64,000 nt of DNA. Origin: Octopus vulgaris (Eukaryota). Shown here piece by piece: positions 1 to 12,449 of this stretch (position 1 is its first letter; each line of letters opens with the position of its first letter). Location of the stretch: assembly GCA_951406725.2 (NCBI GenBank), contig OX597826.1, positions 64,232,001-64,296,000 of the forward strand, written 5' to 3'. The notes under the pieces are model-generated. The model was not told the DNA's origin. It saw only the letters and a program-made list of their open reading frames with translations, and made no database searches. Both the position numbers and the translations under genes were made by a program.

Positions 1-72
1 GGAGCCAGTTGAGAATAGTGAAAAGAAGGCCATCATGTAACAATCCAGGAAATTACTCATGAATTGGGAATA

Positions 73-480
73 AGCGCAGGAGTGGCTGTGTGGTAAGTAG
101 CTTGCTTACCAACCACATGGTTCCGGGTTCAGTCCCACTGTGTGGCATCTTGGGCAAGTGTCTTCTGCTATAGCCTCGGGCTGACCAAAGCCTTGTGAGT
201 GGATTTGGTAGACGGAAACTGAAAGAAGCCCGTCGTATATATGTATATATATATATATGTATGTGTATGTGTCTGTGTTTGTCCCCCTAGCATTGCTTGA
301 CAACCGATGCTGGTGTGTTTATGTCCTCCGTAACTTAGCGGTTTGGCAAAAGAGATCGATAGAATAAGTACTAGGCTTACAAAGAATAAGTCCCGGGGTC
401 GATTTGCTCGACTAAAGGCGGTGCTCCAGCATGGCCGCAGTCAAATGACTGAAACAAGTAAAAGAGTAAAAGAGAGAGAG
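73..480 (+). mobile_element. tRNA-derived SINE family A, full copy
   Basis: A-box TGGCTGTGTGG, B-box GGTTCAGTCCC, central (TA)n/(TG)n, (GTAAAAGA)n tail; many near-identical copies in the window. Confidence 0.85.
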
Positions 481-872
481 TAAGCACATGATCAATGCAT
501 TCCATCTTAATTAGTTTTGAATGCACCTCATATTTCAGGTTTTTCTTTAGATATAATGAATTCCAGTGCATGTTTAGTTGTATACCCTGCACATAAGACA
601 CTTGATGAAAATCGCAGATCAAATAGATTGATGTGTAGATGCAAATATATAAAGAATTTTTTAATTTTTATAGATTAGCTTAATAGTCTGAAAAACTATG
701 TCTAAGTGTGGACATAACTGTGTGGTTAAGAAGCTTGCTTTGCAACCACATGGTTTCATGTTCAATCCTATTGTGCAGCACTTTCAGCAAATGTCTTCTA
801 CTATAGCCCCAGGCCAACAAATGCCTTATGAGTGAATTTGGTAGATGAAAATTATGGAAGCTTGTTATATAG

Positions 873-925
<53 letters not shown>

Positions 926-1001
926 AAAGGTAAAGGGGAAAGACCCCCTTTGGTCATAAATGACCATGGGATTGCACCTAGAAAGTTATCCTAAACCTTG
1001 C

Positions 1002-1081
<80 letters not shown>

Positions 1082-1083
<2 letters not shown>

Positions 1084-1268
1084 GTCTGTTGCAGTTATTT
1101 TAACGAGTTGTATTTATTTATCACCTGGTGAAACACATCTGCACTGCCGGATGATCCTGAACCAGTTGTTGAGTGTCCCACCCATAAGGGATCGATGCTA
1201 GGTGTGTCGAAACAATTGTCGTGATTAATAATAAATTCTTGTATATACCATCTTCCATTTTTCATTTG
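1082..1268 (+). mobile_element. Short Penelope-like/retrozyme-like fragment within (TA)n
   Basis: Unique ~190-bp island flanked by TA repeats that carries a hammerhead-like motif. Confidence 0.5.
1120..1225 (+). ncRNA. Type I hammerhead ribozyme-like motif (core variant CTGGTGA)
   Basis: ATCAC-CTGGTGA-A-ACACATCT...AGGTGTGT-C-GAAAC-AATT-GTC-GTGAT: stems I and II pair, stem III is palindromic, GUC triplet. Confidence 0.6.
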
Positions 1269-1568
1269 CTATATAATATATATAACATTTCCATCAGACT
1301 GAGCCACTGCAAGGTGGGGGTGGGTGGGTCTCTCGCTGACTATTTTGTATCTGGGTAAATTATTCCATGTGGAATAAGGTTTCCTAAGGTTGGAGCTCAG
1401 AACCTTATGATCGGTAACCTGAAATCTTAAATTCACACCAACACAAAGCATATCTCTTCCATATTCTTGGGAAAGCCATGAATGTTACAACTTTTCATTT
1501 TTATAAACTTGTTTTAATCTAAATAATTCAAGAAACTGATTAGAAATAAATTGTTTTGTTTTACATAC

Positions 1569-1815
1569 CTGCTTTTAATATGGCTAAATAGGAGACAGTA
1601 AATTCCAGACTTTTTTCCAAATAAATAGCCACTGATGAATTTGGTACCACACCTTTACTTTGAAGAATATTTGCCAAAATATCTGTGCACTGATCCAGTT
1701 CTTGAAAAGTGATTGTCTCTCCTTTGATGCCATGTACAGCAATATTGTAAGGTGTCCTTTTCGCTTGCTCTCGAAAGAGCTCGTGCAATAAACATTGTTC
1801 AGATTGGGAAGCCAT
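1569..1815 (-). CDS. First coding exon of an NRPS-like (adenylation-domain) gene; exon 1569-1836, ATG at 1815, gene continues beyond the left edge
   Basis: Translation MASQSEQCLLHELFREQAKRTPYNIAV..ITFQELD..GV..VAIYLEKSLEFTVSYLAILKAG matches the A-domain N-terminus (A1 L(T/S)YxEL-like motif, start of A2 LKAG). Acceptor ttttattctctttttcaattacAG precedes 1836, and donor GCAG|GTATGT is at 1569/1568. Confidence 0.85.
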
Positions 1816-1924
1816 GTCTCACAAATGTTGTTGATTCTGTAATTGAAAAAGAGAATAAAAAATTAATACCATGTTTGCTGCTGCATGTATGATGCACTCT
1901 TGCATAAGACACACTTATTTCACA

Positions 1925-2336
1925 AGGCACAGGAGTGGTTGTGTAGTAAGTAGCTTGCTTACCAACCACACGGTTCCGTGTTCAGTCCCACTACGTGGCA
2001 CCTTGGGCAAGTGTCTTCTGCTATAGCCTCGGGCCAACCAAAGCCTTGTGAGTGGATTTGGTAGACGGAAACTGAAAGAAGCTCGTTGTATATATGTATA
2101 TATATGTGTATGTATGTGTATATGTTTGTGTGTCTGTGTTTGTCCCCCTAGCATTGCTTGACAACCAATGGTGGTGTATTTACATCCCCGTAACATAGCG
2201 GTTCGGCAAAAGGGACCGATAGAACGAGTACTAGGCTTCCAAAGAATAAGTCCTGGGGTCAATTTGCTCAACTAAAGGCGGTGCTCCAGCATGGCCGCAG
2301 TCAAATGACTGAAACAACTAAAAGAGTAAAAGAGTA
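1925..2336 (+). mobile_element. SINE family A copy
   Basis: Colinear with 73-480. Confidence 0.85.
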
Positions 2337-2552
2337 AGTATATTTTGTGGAAGAAAACCAATTTAGCAGGTTTCATCATACACTTATCAAAAATGGTCTT
2401 GTAGTGGGGAAGAGAGAGACTTGGAGACACCACTATGGAAGGTTGCTAAATGAAAAGAATGAATGGGAGAAAGAAAGTCTGCCAAATGTCAACTCAACAG
2501 AGAGACCAGCTATTTGAATTGACAGTACTCTGGTAGATAAAGCAATTAAGGG

Positions 2553-2890
2553 TATGAATGTATGTGTGTTTGCACGTGCGTGTGCATGTGTGAGTGTGTG
2601 CGTGTGTGCAAGTATGTGTATGTGTAAGTATGTGGGTGAGTGTGTGTGTACAAGTATGTATGTGTGTGTTTGCATATGTATGTGTGTGCATATGTATTTG
2701 TGTGTGTTGTGTATGTGTGTGTATATATTGTGTGAGTGCGTGTGTGTAAGTATGTGTGTGAGTGTGTGTGTATATTGTGTGAGTGTGTGTGTATATGTGT
2801 GTGAGTGTGTGTGTAAAAGCATGTGTAAGTGCATGTATGTGTGTATGTGTATGTGTGCATGTGCATACATGTGTGTGTGTGTGTTTGTGT
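2553..2890. repeat. Degenerate (TG)n/(TATG)n microsatellite
   Basis: Directly visible. Confidence 0.9.
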
Positions 2891-3763
2891 ATTAGAGACA
2901 TATCAGAAGCAATAAATAACAGCGTAACAAAACACTGCTTCTAAAGGCAAAAACAAACCAGGGCAAGATTTATGCTATGATTATTTAGATCTTGGCTAGG
3001 AACCTTAAATGTTTCAGATGACAAGGTAACAAATCAAGTCGCAAAGAGACACTGTATTTCTTTTCCATTTGTTTAAGATAGTTGGGTGTAGTGGGAGATA
3101 TATTTTACTACTATTTCCATTGGGTCAAGTAAAGGCTCCCTTGTTTGATAAGTTACACTGAGAAGGCCAAATATCTCCCTATCATTATATTTAAATAGAG
3201 ACCATATAATGTCAGCCTTGGATTTTAAGACAACACGTTTCTCAATTAAGAAGGAATGGCTACAACTAGAAATGTTGGTTAATTGTTTTATTCATTAATG
3301 GCCATTGGATTATATTTCAGAGATCGTTACAAATGTATGTATATGCATATTCATATACACAAACAGAAATACATACATCATGATGATGATGATGATGATC
3401 ATCATCATCATCAGCATCATTTAATGTCCCCTTTTCCATGCTGGACATTTGGACAAGAAGAGATGAGCAAGAAGGCTCTGCCAGGCTCTATGTCTGCTTT
3501 GGCATGGTTTCTACAGCTGATGCCCTTTCTAATGCCAAACACTTAAGTGGTAAATGATTTGCTTGAAATGAGATAAGGGTTGGTGACAGGAAAGGCAACC
3601 AGCTGTACCTCAATAAGTATCATCTATCTCATGTTAGAACAGACTAAATCAATGTAAAGCCATGATGGTGATAATGATAATGATGATGATAATAACGATG
3701 ACGACCATTATCACATTTATTTTGTTTTATTTCTTCATTCTTTTTTTTTGTTAGTTATATTAA

Positions 3764-4215
3764 GGACTAGAAATTAAAGTCGTTTTCCAAGAAAGTGGGT
3801 ATAAAACCATATTAAGTAAAATAGTTATGAGAATTTAATGATTAATCATCATCATCATCATCATCATCATCATTTAGCGTCCGCTTTCCATGCTAGCATG
3901 GGTTGGACGGGTCAACTGGGGTCTGTGAAGCTGGAAGGCTTCGTCAGGCCCAGTCAGATCTGGCAGTGTTTCTACAGCTGGTTGGCGTTAGGAAGGGCAT
4001 CCAGCTGTAGAAACACTGCCAGATCTGACTGGGCCTGACGAAGCCTTCCAGCTTCACAGACCCCAGTTGACCCGTCCAACCCATGCTAGCATGGAAAGCG
4101 GACGCTAAATGATGATGATGATGATGATGATGATTAATCTTTAAATTCTCATAACTATTTTACTTAATATGGCTTTATACCCACTTTCTTGGAAAACGGC
4201 TTTAATTTCTAATCC
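3764..4215. repeat. Long palindrome (~215-bp arms, ~20-bp spacer) built from two head-to-head 3' ends of family C plus inverted flank
   Basis: 3871-3981 is the exact reverse complement of 4001-4111; the outer flank arms differ at about 4 of 83 positions. Confidence 0.9.
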
Positions 4216-4696
4216 CTGTTTCGGAGAATTATCTAAATATTCAAATGTTAAAAAAATAAGAAAAAAAAAAAAAATGGAATAAAAAATGCATCAGCAACAG
4301 CAATAGCAAGTCAGTCCCTCAAGGATAGTTGCAGTCTAAAATGACTAAAATCAGTAAAGGAATAAAAAGAAAGCACAAAATATGATTCCGTTTGGTCACA
4401 TGTGACAAGGAAACTTCAAAGTAGGTGTGTGATGCATTTAAATTACTTTCTCTTGTTTAAACAAGTATTATGCTAAGAAAGTTGGTATTGTTGTTAGTAA
4501 AGAGATCACATGAAAAGATTACGAAATAATAGAAGAGGTGTGGAAGGGGTCCAGAAACATGAGATGTTGTGTGTGTTGCATTGTTGTCAGTGAATAAATG
4601 CTTACTATCTTGTGCTTGTGACTGTGACTGCTCTTTTAGCAGGAATAAAAATAGGCCTAGAATATATTTGAATGGAAGAGATAATTCGTACTCTTA

Positions 4697-4757
<61 letters not shown>

Positions 4758-4954
4758 TGTACATGCATGCATGCATAAACATGCACATGCACACACACAT
4801 ACATATATACTTATATATATATATGTATGTTTATATATATGTGTGTGTGTGTGTATATACATATATATATACATATATATATACACACACATATGTGTAT
4901 ATATATATTTGTGTATATGTTTGCAAATATATATATATGCATGTGTGTGTGTGT

Positions 4955-4993
<39 letters not shown>

Positions 4994-5275
4994 GTTTAAC
5001 ATCCGCTTTCCATGCTAGCATGGGTTGGACGATTTGACTAAGATCTGGCAAGCCAGATGGCTGCACCAGACTCCAATCTGATCTGGCAGAGTTTCTACAA
5101 CTGGATGCCCTTCCTAATGCCAACCACTCCGAGAGTGTAGTGGATGCTTTTATGTGCCACCAGCACGAGGGCCAGTCTGGCGGTACTGGCAACGGCCACG
5201 CTCAAATGGTGCTTTTTATGTGCCACTGGCACAGGAGCCAATCCAGTAGCACTGGCAACGATCTTGCTCAAATAT
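4955..5275 (-). mobile_element. Retroposon family C (SINE/LINE 3' end with (ATG)n tail, internal GGCACRTAAAAAGCAC repeats)
   Basis: Shared with 12791-13310, 14410-15075, 28683-29035, 42420-42625, 63820-64000 and short pieces at 5510-5620 and 16835-16888. Confidence 0.75.
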
Positions 5276-5287
5276 CTTTTATATATA

Positions 5288-5329
<42 letters not shown>

Positions 5330-6097
5330 TAAAGAAATAATTAAGATTCAGTTGAATTAGGTACTTAAGTTGAGGCACGAAGTCAGTCCAGAATGGTGTG
5401 CACAGCTAAAGCAAATAAGTAACAAGGATGTCTCGGTATCAGTGCATTATGGCCGTTTCAAGTGGCTCCATTTAATCCAAAGATGAAAACATTTACATAT
5501 ATATATATATATCATCATCATTGTTTAACGTCCATTCTCCATGCTAGCATGGGTTGGACGGGTCGACCGGGGATCTGGGAAGCCAGAAGGCTGCACCAGG
5601 CTCCGGTCTTATCTGGCAATACATATACATACACATATATATATATATATATATTGGGAAGTTAAATGTTATGGCTGGTCATAGAGTGCTGTTGGTTTGC
5701 ACCTATAGAGCTTTGCTGCATAGACTCAAATGGCCAAAGGTGCATAACCTCTCTACAACTAGAAGTAAAAATGCATCATGGTCAGTTAGTTTTTAAACAA
5801 AAAATATTCGTCTGTGCAGTAGGTGGATGGGTTTAACTCCCTTACATCGGCTGTAGCTGTGGTGATATTCAAAGGAGCTGTGGAAGGGCTATTCAATAAA
5901 TGGGGAATTCTAAGTTTCTAGTAGGAAATGTTTTAGGTGCAGGCATTGACTAAATACTTCTTTCCTGGAGTTTTAAAGGTCCCTGGTTTGAGTAAATTTA
6001 TCAGGTTTCTTGTCCTCTCTGCCAAGCAAAGCTTACATCGTTTGATCCTGTTTATATAAGTCCCCAGTTATTCAAGGAGCTTCCATGTAATCATCAG

Positions 6098-6346
6098 TAA
6101 GGGTTGGTGACAGAAAGGGCAACCAGCTGTACCTCAATAAGTATCATCCATCTCATGTTAGAATAGACTAAATCAATGTAAAACCATGATGGTGATAATG
6201 ATAATGATGATGATAATAACAACAACGACCATTATCACATTTATATTGTTTCTTTTCTTCATTCTGTTTTTGTTATTTATATTAATCTTTAAATTCTCAT
6301 AACTATTTTGTTTAATATGGCTTTATACCCACTTTCTTGGAAAACA
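6098..6346 (+). repeat. Local direct duplication of 3576-3762 joined to 4133-4197
   Basis: Near-identical sequence lacking the intervening palindrome. Confidence 0.85.
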
Positions 6347-6658
6347 ATGATAAAACAAAAATATAAACAAAAAGATAGGTACTTCTGACAAGAACATAAC
6401 AGCGCACAGGGCTAAACAGTGCATATTTGTAGAGTAACCTATCCTGCTGGGCCAAGTGACAGACAAATTATCATTGTTAAGTATCAGGAACAATTTATAG
6501 TATGACATAATGAGAAGTGGCCATCCTGTAGCAAAAAATCAGTACCAGTGATTACAATTCATGCAATAAATATAATACATGATTCTGGTTTCATTGACAG
6601 ATTTGTTGCATTTTTTTCATCTCATGGTGCTTATTGTGCCAAACACTAGAGATATTAT

Positions 6659-6902
6659 TTCGTTTTTGGATTTGGTTTAAAAGATTCTTTATATGAGTTT
6701 GTGTGTTGAAGCATATTCTGTTGTGTCTGGGGAGAGTCATTTTCTTTTTGTGCCTTATGATTTAACACACTCACTGGTAAAATTTCCTCTTATTTCTTAT
6801 TTTATTTTATTTTATTTTATTTTTTTAAGTGGAAATTTTACTGGTGAGTGGTGTTAAATCATAAGGCACAAAAAAAAAATGACTCTCCCTAGACACAACA
6901 GA
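6659..6902. mobile_element. Fold-back insertion with 13-bp target-site duplication; same family as 54574-54852
   Basis: ACTAGAGATATTA on both sides; ~6717-6787 is inverted at ~6831-6903. Confidence 0.7.
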
Positions 6903-7787
6903 ACTAGAGATATTAGTTCTCTGTAATTCTTCCACTCCTTTTAGACTTCTAAATCCAATATATTATCATCATCAGGCCCACTTCTGATACTAGCAAATAT
7001 TATTGAGGTCACAGAACCTATTTGCTATACTTAAGCAGTTAGACTTTTGTTCAATCTACAGTTTTCAGTTCATGCTACAAATAATTTTGCGATCTTCTAA
7101 TTCAATATCAAGGAATGCTATTAAATGTTGCTGTTGTTGTTGTTGTTGTTGTTGCTGCTGCTGCTGCTACTGTTGAAGCCAATGGTGATGAGGGTGGTTC
7201 CTGGTCTTAATTTGAGTTTTACAAATAAGATGTTTGTAAGGGTGACCTGATTGGTTGAAACAGGAAACAAACAAAGCAAAAACCAACTTGGAAATTTATA
7301 TTGATTTCCCATTAAGCAGCAATTCCTCTAAGCATGAGTGAAACCAAATACAAAAATATAGAACATGTATGTATGTATGTATGTATGTATGTACGTATGT
7401 ATGTATGTATGTATGTATGTATGTATGTATGTATGTATGTATGTATGTATGTATGTATGTATGTATGTATGGGTGTGTGTTTTTAATTTTCTGAGTTTAT
7501 AGCAGATATTTTTTGTTTACATTTTTTACTTTTAGAATTTCCAGTTAACAATTGTATAACGTTTTCAAAGACAAAAAATGAAAGATTGGGTTGAATGGGA
7601 GAGAGGTTGATGTCAAAAATAAAACATAATTAGAATCAAAATTAAAAGGAGGAAATACCCATTTACGTGGTTTCAATGATTTATTTATTTACCTATTTAT
7701 TTATTTTTATTTATATATTTTATTTTATTTATCTTGTTATCTTTAATCTATATTTGATAGTTACCAGAGCCTGGTTGTCGCCATTTA

Positions 7788-7865
<78 letters not shown>

Positions 7866-7931
7866 TTATGTATATATATATATACACACACACACATATA
7901 TATATACATTTATATATATATATATATATAT

Positions 7932-8018
<87 letters not shown>

Positions 8019-8982
8019 TTATATATATATGTTTGTGTATATATATATCTATATCTATATATTTCAACCAAATCAATAAACATACCCCCCCTCTCTCCCT
8101 TCGTTCTCTGCAAAGTCAGACCTGCAGTTAGCGTAGGAGTTACGTAGCGAAATCTCCCATATCTACGTGTCAGCACATATTGTGTACACTTCAGTGCAAG
8201 AACTCTGTATTATTGTCTCGCAATCTTTATTTTTCTTATTTTTCTTCCTTTCATTATTGACTATTGTTTTTAAATTCTTTTTTTTTTTTGCCTTTTGTTT
8301 TACCATTCCATTTTCCATCTTACTCTATCTCACTCTCTCTCTCTCTCTACACATGTCTGCCTGAATCCTTCAGGTTTTATCTCTTTCCTTCTTTCCTTTT
8401 GTCTCATTCTCTAAGTAATTCAATCAGTCTCACTTTTACTCTGTCCATCTGATTTTTTTTTCATTCTCTTTCTCTTTCCCTTTCTCTATCTGTCTCTTCC
8501 TCTCCTCTTCGTCTTTTGTTTCTAAAATAAAGTAAAAAGTGAGTACAATACAATCGACCATTATTGATTTCTTTTGATTGGAGCACATGAATCAAATGTT
8601 TAGAAGAAGAGAGGTAAGCATGGCAGAATGAAAAACACCCACAGATCCTATTGGTTTTTCTGAGCAATAAGAAGCATAGCTGTGTAGTTATGGAGTTCAT
8701 TTCATGGCCATGTGGTTCTGTGTTTGATTTCATTGCGCATATGTCTCTCACTGTAGTCTTGTGTTGACCAATGTGAACGGAATTTGGTTGATGGAAATTA
8801 TGCAGAAACCCACTGAGTATATATATATAAATATATATACTTTATTTAAAGCAGCAGAAAATTCAACAAAACCTGTTACTCTGAGTTTCACATTCCCATT
8901 CGTCGGACAGTTTTTGCTATATATACATATATATAGACAGATAGATAGATAGATAGGCAGCCAGATAGATAGACAGGCAGAC

Positions 8983-9061
<79 letters not shown>

Positions 9062-9829
9062 CAGAAAGACGGACAGATAGATGGACAGCCAGACAGACAG
9101 ACAGACGGACAGATGGATGGATGGTTCTATTAACTAGTGTCTTCTAAGCACTAAGTCCATTTAAGTTATCTCACACTTCTCTCTCCATCCCAACTAACTT
9201 TCTAATATTTTCCTCTTTACCCATTGCATGACCCCTCTCACCTAGCCTTCCATTAAATCTACGTATTTATAAATTCTGTTCTGTGCTACGCTATTCACCA
9301 AAATCTTTTGATGAAAATAATATGATTTATTTCATTTCATTTCATGAAGGTGAAAAGCTCCTGTGTTATTCCAAACTACTATGCTATTATGGGACTTTAA
9401 TACATAATATGGCACCAGTCATTGTATGTTAATACATAACATGGTGCCAATGATTGTTCATCAACAAAGGTATGCAAATAATACATTAGGTGGATCATGG
9501 ACGATACTTACTCTGTCAATGTCCCAAACCATTTTACAATGAACAACAAAGGAAAGAAAATAACACACTAAACATCACTACAAATTGTCCAAACTCACAG
9601 ACCACTTACACAATGAAAGCACTAAAGACTACCTGGATATGTGAAGAGGACGGTTAATTGTTGCAGCAAGTTTCAACTACCCATAGTGTATGTTACTATA
9701 TCATAACTCACCTCCAAATACTCAGAAACATATGTGGTGTCCCAGATTACTACAACTGTACTATCCTGAAAACACACACACACTCACTCTCTACCTTTCT
9801 TTTCTCTCTTCCTTTCTCTCTCTATCTCT

Positions 9830-10045
9830 TTGAGCTGGCAGAAACGTTAGCACGCTGGGCGAAATGTGTAGCTGTATTTCGTCTGCCGTTACGTTCTGAG
9901 TTCAAATTCCGTCGAGGTCGACTTTGCCTTTCATCCTTTCGGGGTCGATAAATTAAGTACCAGTTATGCACTGGGGTCAATATAATCGACTTAATCCCTT
10001 TGTCTGTCCCCTCTATGTTTAGCCCCTTGTGGGCAATAAAGAAAT
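9830..10045 (+). mobile_element. SINE family B (B-box GAGTTCAAATTCC, central GCCTTTCATCCTTTCGGGGTCGATAAA domain)
   Basis: Multiple conserved copies; the central block resembles the conserved Meta/MESC-type SINE domain (from memory). Confidence 0.8.
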
Positions 10046-10242
10046 ATATCTCTTTTTCCCTCATCTCTGAAGGATAGAAAAACCACACACACAGGCACAA
10101 GAATAATTATGTTACCCAGCCACATGGTTTTGGGTTTCAGTCCCTCTCTGTGTCAACTTGAGCAAGTGTCTTCTATTATAACCCTAGGCAGACCAAAGAC
10201 TTGTGAAGGGATTTGGTAGACAGAAACTGAAAATAGCCTATC

Positions 10243-10273
<31 letters not shown>

Positions 10274-10309
10274 TGTATGTATGTATGTATGTATGTATGT
10301 ATGTATGTA

Positions 10310-10344
<35 letters not shown>

Positions 10345-10675
10345 ATGTATGTATGTATGTATGTATGTATGCATGCATGCATGTGTGTGTGTGTGTGTGT
10401 ATATATATAATATGTGTGTGTCACTGTCTTCTTGCTTACAAAATGCATAATAGATGTAAGCAAGTGTCACCATCATGCAAGCAATATCCTTTGTTTCCAG
10501 TCCTCTATGAAAGCATGTCTAGTCATGAGGGAGTTATTACTTGTCTGGAAACAGGTTAGGGTTGGTGAGAGGGAGGGCATCCGACTATAGAAAAACCAGC
10601 AACAACAACAAATTCCATCCAACCAATGCAAGCTTGGAAAAGGAGACAATAAAGTACTGCTGTTGTTGCTGATGG

Positions 10676-10718
<43 letters not shown>

Positions 10719-11091
10719 ACATACAAGAGCAGTGACCTCAATAACCTCACTGGCTCCAAACACTGCATTAGGCATGCACACCTCTGGTAATAAGTGGGAC
10801 AGCAATTACCAGACTCTGACTAAGTCCACTTTGTCCATCTCTGTTGTGGTCACCACTAGAATGTATTAGTGTACAGAAATAGACTGGACACTGGAGAGTA
10901 TGTGATATGTTCAACAAACAACAATTGGCTCCATGTGGCATGGCTGTGTATTAAGAAGATTGCTTCCCAACCACATGGTTCTGGGTTCAGTCCCACAACA
11001 TCACACCTCAGGCAAGTACCTTCTACTATAATCTCAGACTAACCAAAGCCTTGTGAGTAAATTTGGTAGCTGGAAACTGTAAGAAACCTGC

Positions 11092-11148
<57 letters not shown>

Positions 11149-11162
11149 CTGTGTTTGACAAC

Positions 11163-11395
11163 CTATTTCTTTATTACCCACAAGGGGCTAAACACAGAGG
11201 GGACAAACAAGGACAGACATAGGTATTAAGTCGATTACATCGACCCCAGTGCGTAACTGGTACTTAATTTATCGACCCCGAAAGGATGAAAGGCAAAGTC
11301 GACCTCAGCGGAATTTGAACTCACAACATAACGCAGACGAAATACCGCTAAGCATTTTGCCCGGCGTGCTAACGTTTCTGCCAGCTCGTCGCCTT
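11163..11395 (-). mobile_element. SINE family B nested in a decayed family A copy (~10940-11590)
   Basis: Family A body interrupted at tgtgtttgacaac, which is repeated on both sides. Confidence 0.8.
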
Positions 11396-11723
11396 TTGTG
11401 TTTGACAACCGGTGGTAGTGTGCTTATGTCCCCATAACCTAGTGGTTTGACAAAAAGAGATTGATAGAATAAGTACTAGGTTTAACGAAAAATAAGTACT
11501 GGGGTTGATACATTCAACTAAAAATTCTTCAGGGCTGTGCCCCAGGATGGCTGCAGTCTAATGACTGAAACAGGTATAAGATAAAAGAGGTGATGTTTTA
11601 CTGCATGTGCAGTATGGTACTCAGGTAGTTGGTCATGGATTTGCAGGTTGCAGACATGAGATAGGTCTATGGGTTGCACATTATTGTTGTTTGGCCAATC
11701 GTCTGACCTGAACTGCATAACAG

Positions 11724-11862
11724 CATCATCATCATTATCATCATCATCATCATCATCATCATCGTCGTTGTCGTCGTCGTCATCATCATCATCACCACCA
11801 CCACCACCACCACCACCACCATCATCGTCATCACCATCATCATCATCATCACCGCCACCACC

Positions 11863-11896
<34 letters not shown>

Positions 11897-12030
11897 ATAA
11901 CAACAACAACAACAAAAACAACAACAACAGCAACAACAACAGCAACAACAACAACAACAACAGCAGCAGCAGCAACAACAACATCAACAAAAGCAAAAAC
12001 AACAAGAACCAATGCCACAATAACAACAGT
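11724..12030. repeat. Compound trinucleotide array (CAT/CAC/CAA/CAG)
   Basis: Directly visible. Confidence 0.9.
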
Positions 12031-12449
12031 AGTACTCACAATATACATACTCTACACTGTAAATGGATGAAACACTTACAATAGGCCCAGAAGCAACAGA
12101 GCAAAACTGATGTCAAATACCAACACAATTCTACATTCTTGAAAGACAATGGTGCAGACATCGCAGATATGCATCTGGTGCTGTTATAGAAATTCACATA
12201 AGACTTAAAAACATAATAACAACAATTCTTTCTGATTTAGGTACAAGGCCAACGATTTTAGAGGAAGGCGTAAGTCAAATCCATCCCCATCTCCTGCTAG
12301 TGCTCAACTGGTACATGTTTTATTAACCTTGAAAAGATGAAAGGCAATTTTGACTTCAGTGGAATTTGAACTCAGAATGCAAAGAGCCAGGAGAAATACT
12401 GTATCAATCACATTTTGAGTGAGTGCAGTATATTAGAACAAAAAGAGTG

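Noticed and set aside
75-150. tRNA gene
   Set aside because: A and B boxes are present but continue into a SINE body in all copies, with no complete cloverleaf
1561-1815. Bacterial contamination or recent horizontal transfer as the source of the NRPS-like ORF
   Set aside because: Canonical spliceosomal boundaries, host-like AT content and flanking host SINEs
11518-12070. Poly-amino-acid ORFs
   Set aside because: Compound microsatellite
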